Origin: Balanoglossus misakiensis
Taxonomy: Eukaryota > Animalia > Hemichordata
DNA: 64,000 nucleotides
Assembly: GCA_040954595.2 (NCBI GenBank)
Contig: CM082587.2
Coordinates: 4,048,093 to 4,112,092, forward strand
Reading direction: 5' to 3'
Both the position numbers and the translations under genes were made by a program. The notes under the pieces were generated by a model, which had not been told where the DNA came from, ran no database searches, and saw only the letters and a list, made by a program, of their open reading frames with translations. Shown here one piece after another: positions 13,628 through 30,500 of the stretch (the first letter of the stretch is position 1; each line of letters opens with the position of its first letter).

Positions 13628-14641
13628 ATGTTGCCAGAAAACAGTTCCAACACATCTGCTGAAAACAGCATCTGGCCGGCGACACCAGCCTACGTGTATA
13701 TAACCGAACTGATTCTAGGGATAGTGGGCTCCGTCGGCAACGCTGTTGTCATACTGGTGGTCTTGAGCACGCCCAAGATGAAGACGCTGACCAACTACTT
13801 CATCATTAACCTGGCCGTGGCCGACTTCATGACGTCAGCGCTGCTGGTCTTCAATAAGTTTCTCCTGAAGGCGGTGAGGATCCCCGTACCCGGCGGGCTG
13901 GCGGGAGAGATGTACTGCCGCCTGTATTACAGCGCCCCGTTCTTCTGGTTCAGTGTCAACGCATCTTCCGTCAGTCTGGTTTTGGTGACGCTGGAGCGGT
14001 ACTTCGCCATCGTCCACCCGCTGTCGTACGCCAAGTACTACACGGTGGAAAGGGCGTTGGTCATGATAGCCGCGTCCTGGGCCTTCATGTTCGCCCTGCA
14101 GTTTTCAACGCTGGCTTTCCAAGACATGCGGGACGGAGACTGCGTGGTTTCCATCTACCAGCACCAGTGGGTAGCCACCCTCATCGGCGTTCTCTATTTC
14201 GCCATCACGTACTTCGCCACGGTGTGCGTCACGGCCTGGGCGTACTTCAAGATCCTGAAGTCGCTCAGGCAGAGCACGGAGAACTTTTCAGGCGGCGCCG
14301 CGGACGACCAGCAGCGGACCGGGACTCTCCTGCGAGCCCGGCAGAGAGTCATCCGTATGCTCCTGGTGGTCATCGCCGCCTACTTCACGTGCTGGACGCC
14401 CGACAGCCTCCTCTTCCTGGCCTACAACCTGGGCGCCAACGTCCGACTCGGCTCGGTTGTCGCCAACTGCATCATGCTGCTCAAGTTTTCAAACTCCATC
14501 CTCAACCCGTTCATCTACGTGTTCAAGTACAAGCAATTTCGCCAAAGTTTCCTGAAGAAGTTCTGCTCGTGTGTCTGCATGAAAAACAAAATCGGTGACT
14601 CGTCTGCTGCGAATACAATTTCCATGCAACTGCCAACTTAA
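13628..14641 (+). CDS. Rhodopsin-family (class A) peptide-type GPCR, galanin/allatostatin-A-receptor-like orphan, single coding exon, 337 aa
   Basis: Seven hydrophobic helices; GN (TM1), NLAVAD (TM2), C plus ERY (TM3), W (TM4), CWTP (TM6), NSILNPFIY (TM7), helix 8 FRQSF and Cys cluster; N-glycosylation sites NSS/NTS. First ATG at 13628 lies just after the acceptor CATACAG (~13607); upstream donor GTAG|GTGAGA at ~13150 suggests a 5'-UTR exon. Confidence 0.92.
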   Translation: MLPENSSNTSAENSIWPATPAYVYITELILGIVGSVGNAVVILVVLSTPKMKTLTNYFIINLAVADFMTSALLVFNKFLLKAVRIPVPGGLAGEMYCRLYYSAPFFWFSVNASSVSLVLVTLERYFAIVHPLSYAKYYTVERALVMIAASWAFMFALQFSTLAFQDMRDGDCVVSIYQHQWVATLIGVLYFAITYFATVCVTAWAYFKILKSLRQSTENFSGGAADDQQRTGTLLRARQRVIRMLLVVIAAYFTCWTPDSLLFLAYNLGANVRLGSVVANCIMLLKFSNSILNPFIYVFKYKQFRQSFLKKFCSCVCMKNKIGDSSAANTISMQLPT

Positions 14642-17187
14642 AAAAAGTTTGATACATGTACATGTATATCATGTCGTAGTAAAGGTCTATCAATAGACAA
14701 TCGGAAGCATGGAACAAGGACGTAACCAGTGTTCATAACGTACAGTATATGTACTAAGGATTGTGCGAAGCGATTAATTTTGTTAATTATATAGACCCGG
14801 TACTAGTTATGTACGATTTCACTTTCAAACTAAGGTTTATCGTATAGAATGTATTTGTGTCACATCTTAGTGGAGATTCAACCTCCAAATCTTAGTTTTG
14901 GTCTGGTAAGCCAGATACTGTCTCTGGGTAAGCCTGTCTTTCGCTATCGTATATGTTTCTGGTCACCTATCGTCGGTTTGGTTGTGCAATAGGCAGAATT
15001 CCCCCCGAGTGGCTATACGCATGTGCAGAGTGCAGTGCATGTGAGTGTTGTTAGACCCGGGCCGTTCTGGTACCTGACAAGTTCAAATTAGCAATGATAT
15101 CCCTTGAAAAACGGATTAAACCTTTACTCGTCAACAACGGAAAATGGTTTAATGTCGCCTTGAGATAAAGAATCAAACTGTCACTCTGAAGGTTCGAATG
15201 TATTTGTGAGCGAAGAACCGCGTGGGTCTAATTGCCCTACCATCCGTCGGAATTACCGATAAACAGAGTTACCTTTATCGTCACAAACACAATTAGCAGA
15301 TTTGTCGGCGGAAATCTAATTGAATTTGTCTTTTTCAAATTTGACATGAAAGTGTTGAATATACAATACAAACGGGAACAAGAGCTGCTTAGTACAATTT
15401 ACATATGCTGCTAAGCAATTTAAAAGGTTATTAACGTCAAGCAGACTTGTCAATTCACAATCATAATAATGCAACAATAGTGACACGCTCCGTCAACGAA
15501 ACTATTCTCAGTGGCAACGAACTCTCACCAAAAGTAATGTGTAGAAGGCTTATTTTGAATGTGTCATTTCCATTCGCACTTTAGGGATCTAAATAGTTTG
15601 CAGGTAAGCAGAAGAGCCATTTAAAAATTACTCGAAATGGTCAGCCGTATTCGGTTGATATTCTTCCAAATTTGCGTGTTATTCAAAATAATTGCACAAG
15701 AAAATGATTGCATCTTATAATTTTTAGCTAAGAAACAAAAGTGATTTATGCGACGTTGCCAAGTTACATATTTTATTTTTTATTTATTTAGCTGTTTTAT
15801 ATGACTTATTTTATTATATTTCTTGTTCCTTGTATTTGGTTGTTGGCCTTTTATGTTGCAATTGCTTCGTTATGATGTTGCTAAAAGAAACAGTCCATAT
15901 CTATCATGAATTGCCCCTTGACTTTTCCAAAAGATTAACCTTTACACAAACAATGCGTAGTCAGTTGAGAAATAAGAATGGTAAAGGCCCGAAGGGTTTG
16001 GGGAAAAAATAAAATGGATTATATTATAATGAAACAATAACTGATAAAATATTAAGCAACGTGTTATCTGATCCATGTGGTGCGAGACGGCGTCGAGGGG
16101 GCCGCCCGTGTATAATCCTTTTACATATGATGACAGCGGTAATATGTTTATGATATTCAGAAGATGTCTTCTTCTTTCTTTTATAAACGAAGTAATGAAT
16201 AGGGGGACTGTCTCGCGACTTGGGACAAACACAATCTTCCGGATTAACACAGTGATGGCCCCAGGTGTGATCATGACTTCAAAGACAGGATCGGATATCA
16301 CAGGATATTAACATCAAAACGCACTTCATACCACGACATTGCGGCACCAAGTGAAAATGCACGAAAACTACAATATACAGCATGTACCATATAGTTAACA
16401 CCTCAGCTTGTTAGACGAACGAAGAGTACCCCTATAGCATGCATATCAATCAAGGACTTGAAGTATTATGGGCTGTCACCATTGAGAATTTTGAGAGTAG
16501 AGAGGATTATTTGATTTTAAGCTTGATCCTGTCCTTTACCGGTAACCATTGAAGTTGCGCTCAAATTTCCTTGCGCAAGTAATTAGGCATCCGGCAGCAT
16601 TTTGGAGATTTTTTCAAGCTGGTAACTTCGAATTCCATAAAGGAGAACCACTATACGCCACCGTTGATGATGCAAAAACACATACAAATTTCTCTGCGAT
16701 TTAGCGTCAGTCAAAGAAAGGCGGATTTAGCCTACTCTTCAAGTTACTTGACTTGTCATAAAAACCCACAGAATCGAGCAACGTCCCATTTTTCAGATTT
16801 GACGGAATGATGTCGACTTTGAGAGGTTTCAGCTTTTCTCTACATTTCCGTCCGGGAACGTTGTGAAAACTAAGCTACCAAAGTGTTTAATACCGTCCTT
16901 CAAAATATTCGCACGCAATCCATCGATGGATAACCGTGGGTACATCATCAAGGTACGTACATACACGCATGTCTTTTCTTCGAACGTATTGGCAATGCAT
17001 TGTGGGTATTTATGAAAAATACGTGGCTCTGTTATTCCGTATGTTATTTTGTTCCTTTTCGATCGACAGTACAATATCACTATGCTGCAGTCATAGCATG
17101 TTATTTTCCATGTTCAAGAATATTCACACTTTCTGTTCCGTTGACAATGTCTTGCCGAAAAATTACTTCCTCGTTATGAACAATGAG

Positions 17188-17262
17188 ACGACCAATCATA
17201 GAAGTGCTTTCAAAAAGCGTTAGACACTGCCGTCGCCCATGACGTCATCTTCTAATTTCAAC

Positions 17263-17270
<8 letters not shown>
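17188..17270 (+). promoter_or_regulatory. Housekeeping-type promoter of the GPR107-like gene
   Basis: CCAAT box (GACCAATCA ~17190), CRE palindrome TGACGTCA (17240-17247) and YY1-like CAACATGGC overlapping the ATG. Confidence 0.45.
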
Positions 17271-21359
<4,089 letters not shown>

Positions 21360-23346
21360 ACCTCGCAAAGAGACAATGTAGATTGGTCTTTGGACTGCAT
21401 TTTTTTCTTTCTATTTTGCTTGACACTGGTTTGCGCAGGGTGATTCTAAAGAAATCTGTGTGCGTGTATCTGTGCCACTGTGTCACTACCTCAAACCTTG
21501 AACTGCAACAGCAGTTGATGAGGGGATAATTATATTTTATTACGGAAGCATTTACCCCCTCTCCCCCCCCCCCTTCCTAGTAGAACAGGCCATCTGTAAT
21601 TACAATACAATGGGGTCATTTCGCATAATGTAAATACATAGTTGTGCATAGTAAGGGTCTGTGTGTGTTTGGAACAATGGTCTCACTACAACGATTGTTC
21701 CGTGATAACGCAACCACTTGGGAGAGAGAAACTTTGAATGGCCCTGCGTTCCCCTGCATCACTATTCCACGCAACTCACTTCCAGGGTCGAATTTTCCAC
21801 ATTTCCTGTCCTTATTTTGCTGAAGAGAATAATGTTTTATTCAGTTATTTTCTTTGTATATATCTGAGATTATTTGTAACAGGCTGCCTTATACCATGTT
21901 GTTTGCTATTTGATGTTTTATCAAGTACTTGTGTATCTGTTTTGTGTGTGTGTGTGTGTGTACTGTCCCTAATTGTTCTAAAAGATGATTTTTAAAGTCA
22001 GTTTATCTTCAAATGATAGTACATTGCTGTTTCTTGCTACAGTTGCTTTGATTGCAGTGGGCTATTAAACAGATTTTGGATTTTATCATATTTCATTTGG
22101 TCATCAAGTGATATTTGTTAATGTAAGAAGAAATGTGCAACTCATGTGGGCAGTCATGCGAGTGTCACCTGTTGATTAGCAGCATTCATCCAAGGTTATC
22201 ACTGGGGGAAAAACTGCTTGGATAGCTTTTTGAACATGTGTATGCAATTCAATGCATTTATCTCATGAATCGATATTTCCACAAAGAAAAGGACCCTTTT
22301 TATCTTTTCAGTAGACGTGTTGCACAGCTGGATGGATGTATACTTACGTCACTATCAAGCCTGTGATAATTTGCATACATAATAAGGTGTCAATCAAAAA
22401 TAGGCTGGCTTGGTTCCCTAGTGTGTGTGTGTAAAACAAACTGATGAGTTTAAGAAGCATATGACATGTAAATACTATTTTCAAGTTTTAAGACTGTCTT
22501 GCATTTTAAATCCAGTTGAAGCTTTCGGAGGAGACTGGATCAGAAACTGGAACCCACAAAGTGTCATGCACAGTGGTCAATTTTTCTGACTCCCCTTTGA
22601 CCCTTTGGTGACCAGAAAGTGGCGTGGTGTGCAACTTTATGAAGTCAACTTTTGTAAAAAATTCTTCGGTTACTTGATTGAAAAAAATAAAAATAAGACA
22701 GAACACTAGTATAGTATGTAGCCATTATAAACAAGTTCAGTTTAACGACAAGAAATTTAATTTATTTTACAGCTGCTGTATTTGCTATAAAATTTTCATG
22801 CTCAGCGGGAGTGAGTGAGCTTGCACAAAAATTGTACCCCTGAGATGTCTATATATATAAGAACATGGTGATTGTATTCCGTTTTGTAAAATTTATGACT
22901 TGGGTGTCAGTCCATTGCAATAAATTCTCAAGAGTTCAACTTGAGAAATTGCCTCCCAAATCTTGAAAATTATGTAACATTGCAGCACTATTGTACAGTG
23001 TACACTTGATAGTCCAGTGGTATTTTTGTTTCAGTATGTCAACCAAAAGTAATAAACTTTCTTTTGTCACAACTTGTGCCTTGTCTCTATTTATCAGATG
23101 CAAAAGTAACTTATTCAACAGAAATCCCGAAAAATGGCAGGTTTGTACACAGGTGTACAATAGAGTGTAAAAGCTACACATAGTGGCAGAGTGCGCCCTC
23201 GTTTTTAAAATAAGACATTACTTCGTTTGACGGATGTGGAGGACCGATTGTACTGAGCCAGTCGCACGCGGACGTCGGTTTAGCGTTTTGTGCCGTTTAT
23301 ATTCACTGCCATAAGTGTGCAATAATCAGATTCACTTGTCTTGAAG

Positions 23347-23517
23347 ATGGCAAAGGGGAAAAGACAGTGGCTGATCGACTTAGCAGACCAGATGCCCTCG
23401 TTTGAGGACGTTTTTGATGAAACAACGTTTTACTGGACAGCTTTCTTTTTCACTCTGGCGACAATATTTGTCGCGTATCTTTTGTCAAAACGTGTTACGT
23501 TGAAGCCAGTTGACTAA
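23347..23517 (+). CDS. Putative 56-aa single-pass membrane microprotein (below the ORF-track cutoff): MAKGKRQWLIDLADQMPSFEDVFDETTFYWTAFFFTLATIFVAYLLSKRVTLKPVD
   Basis: Strong Kozak context (AAGATGG); acidic N-region; ~19-aa hydrophobic helix (FYWTAFFFTLATIFVAYLL) followed by basic SKR; consensus splice donor TAG|GTAAGT 18 nt after the stop (23535/23536). Confidence 0.7.
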   Translation: MAKGKRQWLIDLADQMPSFEDVFDETTFYWTAFFFTLATIFVAYLLSKRVTLKPVD

Positions 23518-23647
23518 GTATTGATTTGGATATAGGTAAGTGGCGGTTTAACGTTCATAAAGACTGTCCATCTATTAAGTGAAAGTCTGTCGAAAAAAAT
23601 TCTCTGCTAACGCCAGTGTTCATATGCATAGCGGTCTTCCAGCTGAC

Positions 23648-23742
23648 GGTGGCCATCTTGATTGTTTACCATATTGTTTACTTGTGGGTGACGTCATTGC
23701 ATTTCGACCGCTCCGCATCCTAGTGACTGGAGCCTGGTGAGT
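23648..23742 (+). promoter_or_regulatory. Putative second promoter and short non-coding first exon of NCS-1
   Basis: YY1-type GGCCATCTTG (~23651), CRE TGACGTCA (23689-23696), then donor CTG|GTGAGT at 23736/23737. Candidate acceptors TATTGCAG (23942) or CTTGTAG (24047) precede the NCS-1 ATG. Confidence 0.5.
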
Positions 23743-24088
23743 GGGTCCCGTACAAACTTCTGAAGTATTTGGAAGTATTCAAAAAAAGCCTAACCACAGA
23801 GTTAACTCGGAAAATTGGACTGTAATACATGTGCCGCAATGATTTTCATTTCCAACGGATAATTTTGCGGCCGGGTTTATTATCGCTCGCAACGATTACC
23901 CGAATCTATTTTACCGTGGCGGATGTGCAATTTGTATTGCAGGTGTGACGTGCGTAGTACAACAGCGAACTCGTAGTGTTTAGTTTCTGTCAAGTGACCC
24001 CGTAAGGTTGTTTAAAAATCGGCACTTTCAAATTAGATTCCTTGTAGTTTTTTCGTTTATACGGCACCTGCACCAACTATTGTTCGGC

Positions 24089-26131
24089 ATGGGGAAGAAA
24101 AATAGCAAGTTGCGGCCCGAGGTCCTGTCCGAGTTGAGGGACAATACGTATTGTAAGTACCTATTATTTTCAAGTTCAACCAACTAAAAACTGCGTAGTG
24201 AAGGCGTTTCACAGTGTCGTAATCTAGTTTCTGTGTGGTATTCTAACTTGTCTGCACAAATGGCATGTAACTTATCTCTTGTCTCTTTCTTCACAGTTTC
24301 AGAGAAGGAACTCACGCAGTGGTGAGTGTCATTTTAAAACTAATACAGCTGATTCAAGAATGTGTGAACTAGCACTTAGCAAGTATAGCTGTACACATAC
24401 ATATGCATATAACGGGTTGTGACCCAGCCCCCAATATCGTGACCTTTCACCTCAGAAACGCATTTGCGTAGGCGTCCGTTGTTCTCTATGGCAACAGGAG
24501 CGCCACGGGTCATCCAGCAGTGTGTATTGCATTTCTTCAAATCATGCTCGCAAAAAAATGCATTCCGTGAAGGTCATTTACAGCATTGATATATGGTAAC
24601 ATGTCCGCTGTGATTGACAGTGAAAACCAGTTGGAGATTTCCTGTCATCACTGGTTGCGGGTATGCAGGGAGTCTTTGTTGTGTAGTTCATATTATAATG
24701 CTAATCTCGGCCCTGTGTTAGGTGAAGGTTTTAAGTCAGCTCAAAATAACCAGTGTGGACATGCTAATAATTACACCAGCCCAAATGTTCGAGTGTAGTC
24801 TACAGAGATATTTTAACTGTTTGGAAAGCAAATGAGCAAGTCAAGATCTTAACAAGAACTTTTTTTCCATTAACAGGTATAGGGGATTCATGAAGGACTG
24901 TCCTAGTGGTTCACTGAGTCGAGATGTAAGTTGATTTGTGTTTTGTATTTTGTAGAATATTAATTATTTCCAGTGTCTTCTGTGTTGTGTATCTACTGCA
25001 CTTTCTTGTTCAAATGCTGTAAGTTTAAAGTTTAAATTTAAGAGAGATTATGATGCAAGTAAGTCATGTTTTTCTTTCTGTTCTTGCAGGAATTTGTCAA
25101 AATCTATAAGCAGTTCTTCCCCTTCGGTGATCCAACGAAGTTTGCGACTTTTGTGTTTGATGTTTTTGATGAAAATAAGGTATGTGGTGGTTACATAATG
25201 TTTTATGTGTTGGATCAGAAAAAAACTCAAATATGGAATTTTCAGTCAAACAGTAATGTTGCCCATTATGCATGTACCAATAACACAATGCGGTCTTCTC
25301 TTGTTCCATTCTCAGGACGGTTTAATAGAATTTGGTGAATTTATCCGGGCGCTTTCAGTGACGTCGAGGGGGAACCTTGATGAAAAATTAGATTGTAAGT
25401 TGAATTGGATAGTTGTACTTTGCATTGCCTGTGTTTGACATGCTTTTTGCCGTATTGACTAAACTGAGGTGGAAGCATTGTTCACATGCTGGCATTGTGT
25501 GAATGGTGCTTCACAGTCAGGAGTGTCGAAAATACCTGGCACCCAGCAAATACAAACTAGCGAAAATTCCTGAGCGAAAAGAATTTGCAATCATTGTTTC
25601 TGTGATATGCACTGTGACGATATGATGCAGCTAGTTTTGTGTTTGAGTGTTGTATACCATTAGATTGGTTTGAGTGAAAAAATATACACTAATGCATTGA
25701 TTTACTGATTTTGTGTCGCAGGGGCATTCAGGCTGTATGATCTAGACAATGATGGATTTATCACCAGGGAAGAAATGTTAGAAATTGTAGATGCAATTTA
25801 TAAAATGGTTGGAAATATGGTGAAGTTACCAGAAGAGGAAAACACTCCAGAGAAAAGAGTCAACAAAATTTTTGCTATCATGGACAAGGTTGGTGGTGAA
25901 CAGTTAATATTCAAATATCCCCTGTGAAGCAGAGTTTGTCAAAATCTGAAATTTATACACCCTCTGTGAATATTTTTTTTATCTCTAAAGAACATCTTGA
26001 TATTTACAATAAACTCCATGTTGTCCTTTCAGAATAAAAATAATAGGATCACAAAGGAGGAATTCCAAGATGGCTCCAAAGCAGACCCTTCCATAGTACA
26101 AGCTCTTTCCCTCTACGATGGTCTTGTGTGA
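24089..26131 (+). CDS. NCS1: Neuronal calcium sensor 1 / frequenin, 190 aa, N-myristoylated EF-hand protein
   Basis: Exons 24089-24152, 24297-24321, 24877-24925, 25090-25179, 25316-25394, 25722-25888, 26033-26131 total 573 nt. Translation: [13 protein letters not shown]...[12 protein letters not shown]...[83 protein letters not shown]...ENTPEKRV...[23 protein letters not shown] at 27097. Confidence 0.97.
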
Positions 26132-27517
26132 GTACTGGGAACCTTTCACTAAGACATTGGAACAATTAAGTCAGCTGAGACAGGGCATGGATCATTTACA
26201 TGCTTGCCCAGTGAAATCTCCTCTGCTCATTGGTGTATTGAGTTTGAACAATAGTTGGAACTTTGCCCAAACTCGGCTTGCCAAAGTTTATTTTTCAATC
26301 ATCCCTGTCTAAGCAATGATTTCAGACCAATAAGGACGGCAGATGGAAGTGACATCAACTTGCGCGGAAATGTCCAGTGAAATACAAGTGCACTCAGTAG
26401 AGTGTCAGACCAGTCAGTACTGTCTGGTATCTCAACATAACATGTATGTATATATTTGAAATATTCAAAAGGCAACCATGCAACTTCTGTAATCATGCTT
26501 CAAGAACAAATCTTTGAACTCTGATCCCCCTCCAGATGTATAACCAGATATAAATTCTTTGGTATAGTGATCAAGGCAGGATAGATACCTCAGCACTTTT
26601 AAAATTTTTGGTTTGCAGTTTGCTATGATTCAATGTTCCCCCTGTGTATTACAGTGTTCCTATTTAAGTATTTAGTAGACTTCTAGAATAGCTGATGCAT
26701 ATTTATTATTTATTCCATATCACTATTAAAATTGTTTTACTTTCATTATTTTTCAAACTTTATTTTTTATAGTTCATTGTGAAGAGACATTTGAATCACG
26801 GCTGAAATATGTTATGCGCATATTGTAATTTATTTGTATGTAGTAAAACCATGTGTTGCTTTTTTCCAATTGGTCATGTGACGTGGACAACCAATAAGAG
26901 GAGTTTTTGCAAATGATATGCAAATAAGCCTGCTTGCGGCCATGTTTAATATTCTGAATACACATGTCTATGGATTTATGTCTGAGGTTTTGTTTGTACT
27001 ATGGTGCATCCGTAATTCCAGATTTCAGCTATAATCAAGGTTTACTTGAAAGTATATCCATCAAACTTCAGTTTTATATTTCTTTAAATCAAGTGGAATA
27101 AACTCAGATCTACTAATTAATCGTTTTGCGCGTTGTCTGACTGCTTGCAGTTCTCGAAACATGCAAGAAGGCGCCCTCAAAGAAGACTGCTGGAGTTGAT
27201 AAATGTAGTGCAAACACTAAGTGCAAACGTAAGTAGCATAGCCTTTCGAGATGGACGTTGGTGGCGTAAGTTGTAGCCTCAACAGAAAACCACATACCTG
27301 AAATAGGGAGTGATCGATACCTCTAAATAGGCTCTGTGAAACAGCATCTGTAAAATGGGAAAAATTTAACTTTTTTGGCTGTGTAACGCAGTAACATCTA
27401 GTATAAAACATATCAGGGCAGAGCGGGTCTGCTAGTGGTAGACGCGAATTTATCAGTTGGAGTATCGTGTAAGATGCGATTGATCTTGAAAAGGAAAACA
27501 GGTCCAGCACATCTACA

Positions 27518-27599
27518 GCTGCGATGGCCGAGTGGTTAAGGCGTTGGACTTGAAATCCAATGGGGTCTCCCCGCGTAGGTTCAAATCCTGCTCGCAGCG
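27518..27599 (+). tRNA. tRNA-Ser (anticodon TGA)
   Basis: GCTGCGA...TCGCAGC acceptor stem with discriminator G; A-box TGGCCGAGTGG; anticodon arm TTGGA-CTTGAAA-TCCAA; long variable arm GGGG-TCT-CCCC; B-box GGTTCAAATCC; downstream T-run terminator. Confidence 0.96.
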
Positions 27600-30500
27600 A
27601 CTTTAATATTTTTGAATTGTTCTTTTTGTAGAAATTGGTCCCCTTTGCCACCTCCCAAAACATCGACCACACCAAAGTTACACAATAAGCTGACTGTAAA
27701 CCCAACATTTCCAAAAGGAAGATTCATCCGTAATTGCAACTGAAATGTGGTGGTCTCATTTGAATAACTAACATAAACCGCCAGTGGTCGGACGAACCCC
27801 AAGTCTCGCCGAATAACGGGACAAAACATCCGTGAACTTCCTCTCAGTGACAGCCCGAAAACAATTTGGCGCTCAATCGGAGAGTACTTAACAGGAAATT
27901 TACATTACTTCGCCATTAGGGTAAATTTCCCCCCTGCCCATAGCCATCCAAGCATACCGCTGACTCACTAAAACGCCGTAATTTCTTTGAACCCTTAATC
28001 CTGCTTGACGGTTTGCCATTATTGAGTGTTGCGTGTTTTCTTTGTAAAGAAGCGAGCTGCTCCGTTTGCGGTGGAAAATGGGATGGATTTCACAAAGTGG
28101 GCCCCTGAAGAGACGACGGGCGCGAAAGTCACGGCTCCGGCGGCATAAACCGTAGACAAGCAATCGAGCAAAAACGAAACTGACAAACTGTTTAAAGTAG
28201 AAATGTTCTATTTCAGTAATGCAATTTGTCCATTTAGTTTTACTTTATTAAAACGGTAATGTACTGGAAGATGGAGAAGGGGTATTGACTCCGGTAAATG
28301 GAATGTACTACAGTGGCGGCTTAAGTCGCCCATTTCTTAATCGAGTTGGGCAGTGTAGTACTCCGTGCTTTATTTCACATGACACGCGAACTGAGACGCC
28401 ATTGTGTGCGTGCAATTACAAGCCAGTCACCATTCAGGGGCTGCGGGAGAAATAATGCTCGTTCTCGCAAAACTGGTTAATTCCGACCGGGTGGTTTTCC
28501 ATTGAAATTTACCCGGGCTGAACTAATCCAATTAGACCGCGTTGCTTCACGGTATTTACGCAGCGAGATCATAACACATTGCTTTAAAACCGTATCAATT
28601 ATTCTCATGTACACCAATTGAGCGCGGGACTGACGCAAAGCAGGCGCGGACGCGGCGGGCGCGCTCTCAGTCGCCCCTGTCGACCAGCGACGTCGACACA
28701 GGCCTGCACGCATATGCGCTGAGCGAAAAATGCGAGTGGTATTTTTTTTCGGCGACAGCTGGTAAGGCGTTCGAACTTGCCCGGGTACGATTTCTTCCAG
28801 GCAGGCGATGCCGCTAGCATGTAAATACAATTTCTGTGCTTTGTTAGCCTGCCTAAAAAATCTCATCCATAGTAAATTTGATCTGCGCAACATCATGAAG
28901 CCTCAAAACACACGCTAAGCAAACAGACGCACACAATAGCTCGCCCAAACCCACCACTGGTTGGTGTTTGTTTTGCCGACAATTTCGATAATTAATTGCC
29001 TGAAACCAAATTTGTCATCACGCAATTTTCGCCAGTTAACAACGGGGAAATCCGTTTTATTTTCGCCCCCGAGGCTCGCCGATACCAAGAGCAGAAAATC
29101 ATCTTTCCAAAACGGAAGATTTCTTTGACCCCTAATTTTTTTCCTGGTGAATTTGTCCGCAAGGAAGTGCACCATTTAGGCTAATCACGTGACCACAGGG
29201 CGATAAGTACCTCTGGTGGGCTCCCCTAAAATAATTGGTCGTAATTTTGTAATAATACATTCCGGGGAAAATTTATGAATTCGTCCCCTGTTCGCCAGAA
29301 TCTTAACTAAACTAACGGGCAATTCAATAAACTAACCAGTTAAAAGTCTTTATGAGGCGTCATGTTTTCTTTGACAGCCATACTCTACAACATTTAGTTT
29401 TTTCGCCAAGTTATAACAGTTTTGAACCGCTTGTACAGCTTTATATTACAGGCAGGATAAAATCATTATGTAAGATATATGTTCGAAACTATATGAATTA
29501 AAGTTATGTAGCACTCTGTGATCAACGAGTTGAAACTAGAGCTTTCGGGAACATGTAGTCCCCTTCTTCAGATGCACACGTGGAATGAACAGAGAAACAG
29601 AGAATCATGGGGTATTCAAAGTAGGAAATACTATGTGCAGGACCAGGTGCATCAGAAAACAAAAGAAGGGTTGGGTGTGAAAATTGAACAATGGAAATGT
29701 TAATGAGAATGCAAATGTGTAAATGGGGTAGAAAACTGACAGTTATTTGTAGTGTGACATAAAACCGTAGTCCCGATTGTGTGGAGTGACCGTGGTCCCA
29801 TGTACATGTATTGGTCAGATCATTGTTTGAAGCGACTTGTTGTTCCTTGTTCAAGTTTTTCTACAGCAGAGATTCAGCTGAGCTGTCTACACATCGGCGT
29901 CTGACTGGGAAAAAAACACATCACCATTTGTTTCGATTTACAACATACGCACTGATAGTTCCCGTGGTAGAATTATGATTACGCGAATTTATCTTTATCT
30001 TCCCCGATGGTATCATGTTACACAAAGAAAGCCGTCTAAACGTCTCCTACCGTCCGAGTTTGACACCACTTTCAAATTAATACCAAAAATGAGTATCCCG
30101 CTTACGTCGAAATCCCCAAGGGGATTGCGGTGATGAAGAAAACTTGAGTTTTACCAACAGTGGAGGAAAGACAAAACGTGTCGTACCGTGGATAGTGTAT
30201 GCAGTATGGGGTCCTCATTGAATGATCCACTGACGGTCTGTGTGTCTGTCTGTATCTGTCTCTAAGTACACGCCTCACTATCTCTGTCTCCCTCTTTCCC
30301 TTCCTCTCTCTCCCCTCTCTCTCCCTTTCTCTCTCAAATTCAATTTTTTTTGCAAGAACGGGAAACAGATCAATTTATATCGAAAGCAAAGGTAATATTA
30401 TGGCAGGAAACAACACTTAAAAGTTGATAAATTCCATCAAAAATCAGATATCGGACAATAACGCCAATGATTAAAATGGTTCCCATCTTTTTATATATAT

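Noticed and set aside
27217-27714. 165-aa minus-strand ORF containing LRAGFEPTRGDPIGFQVQRLNHSA
   Set aside because: This segment is the antisense translation of tRNA-Ser, a common annotation artefact.
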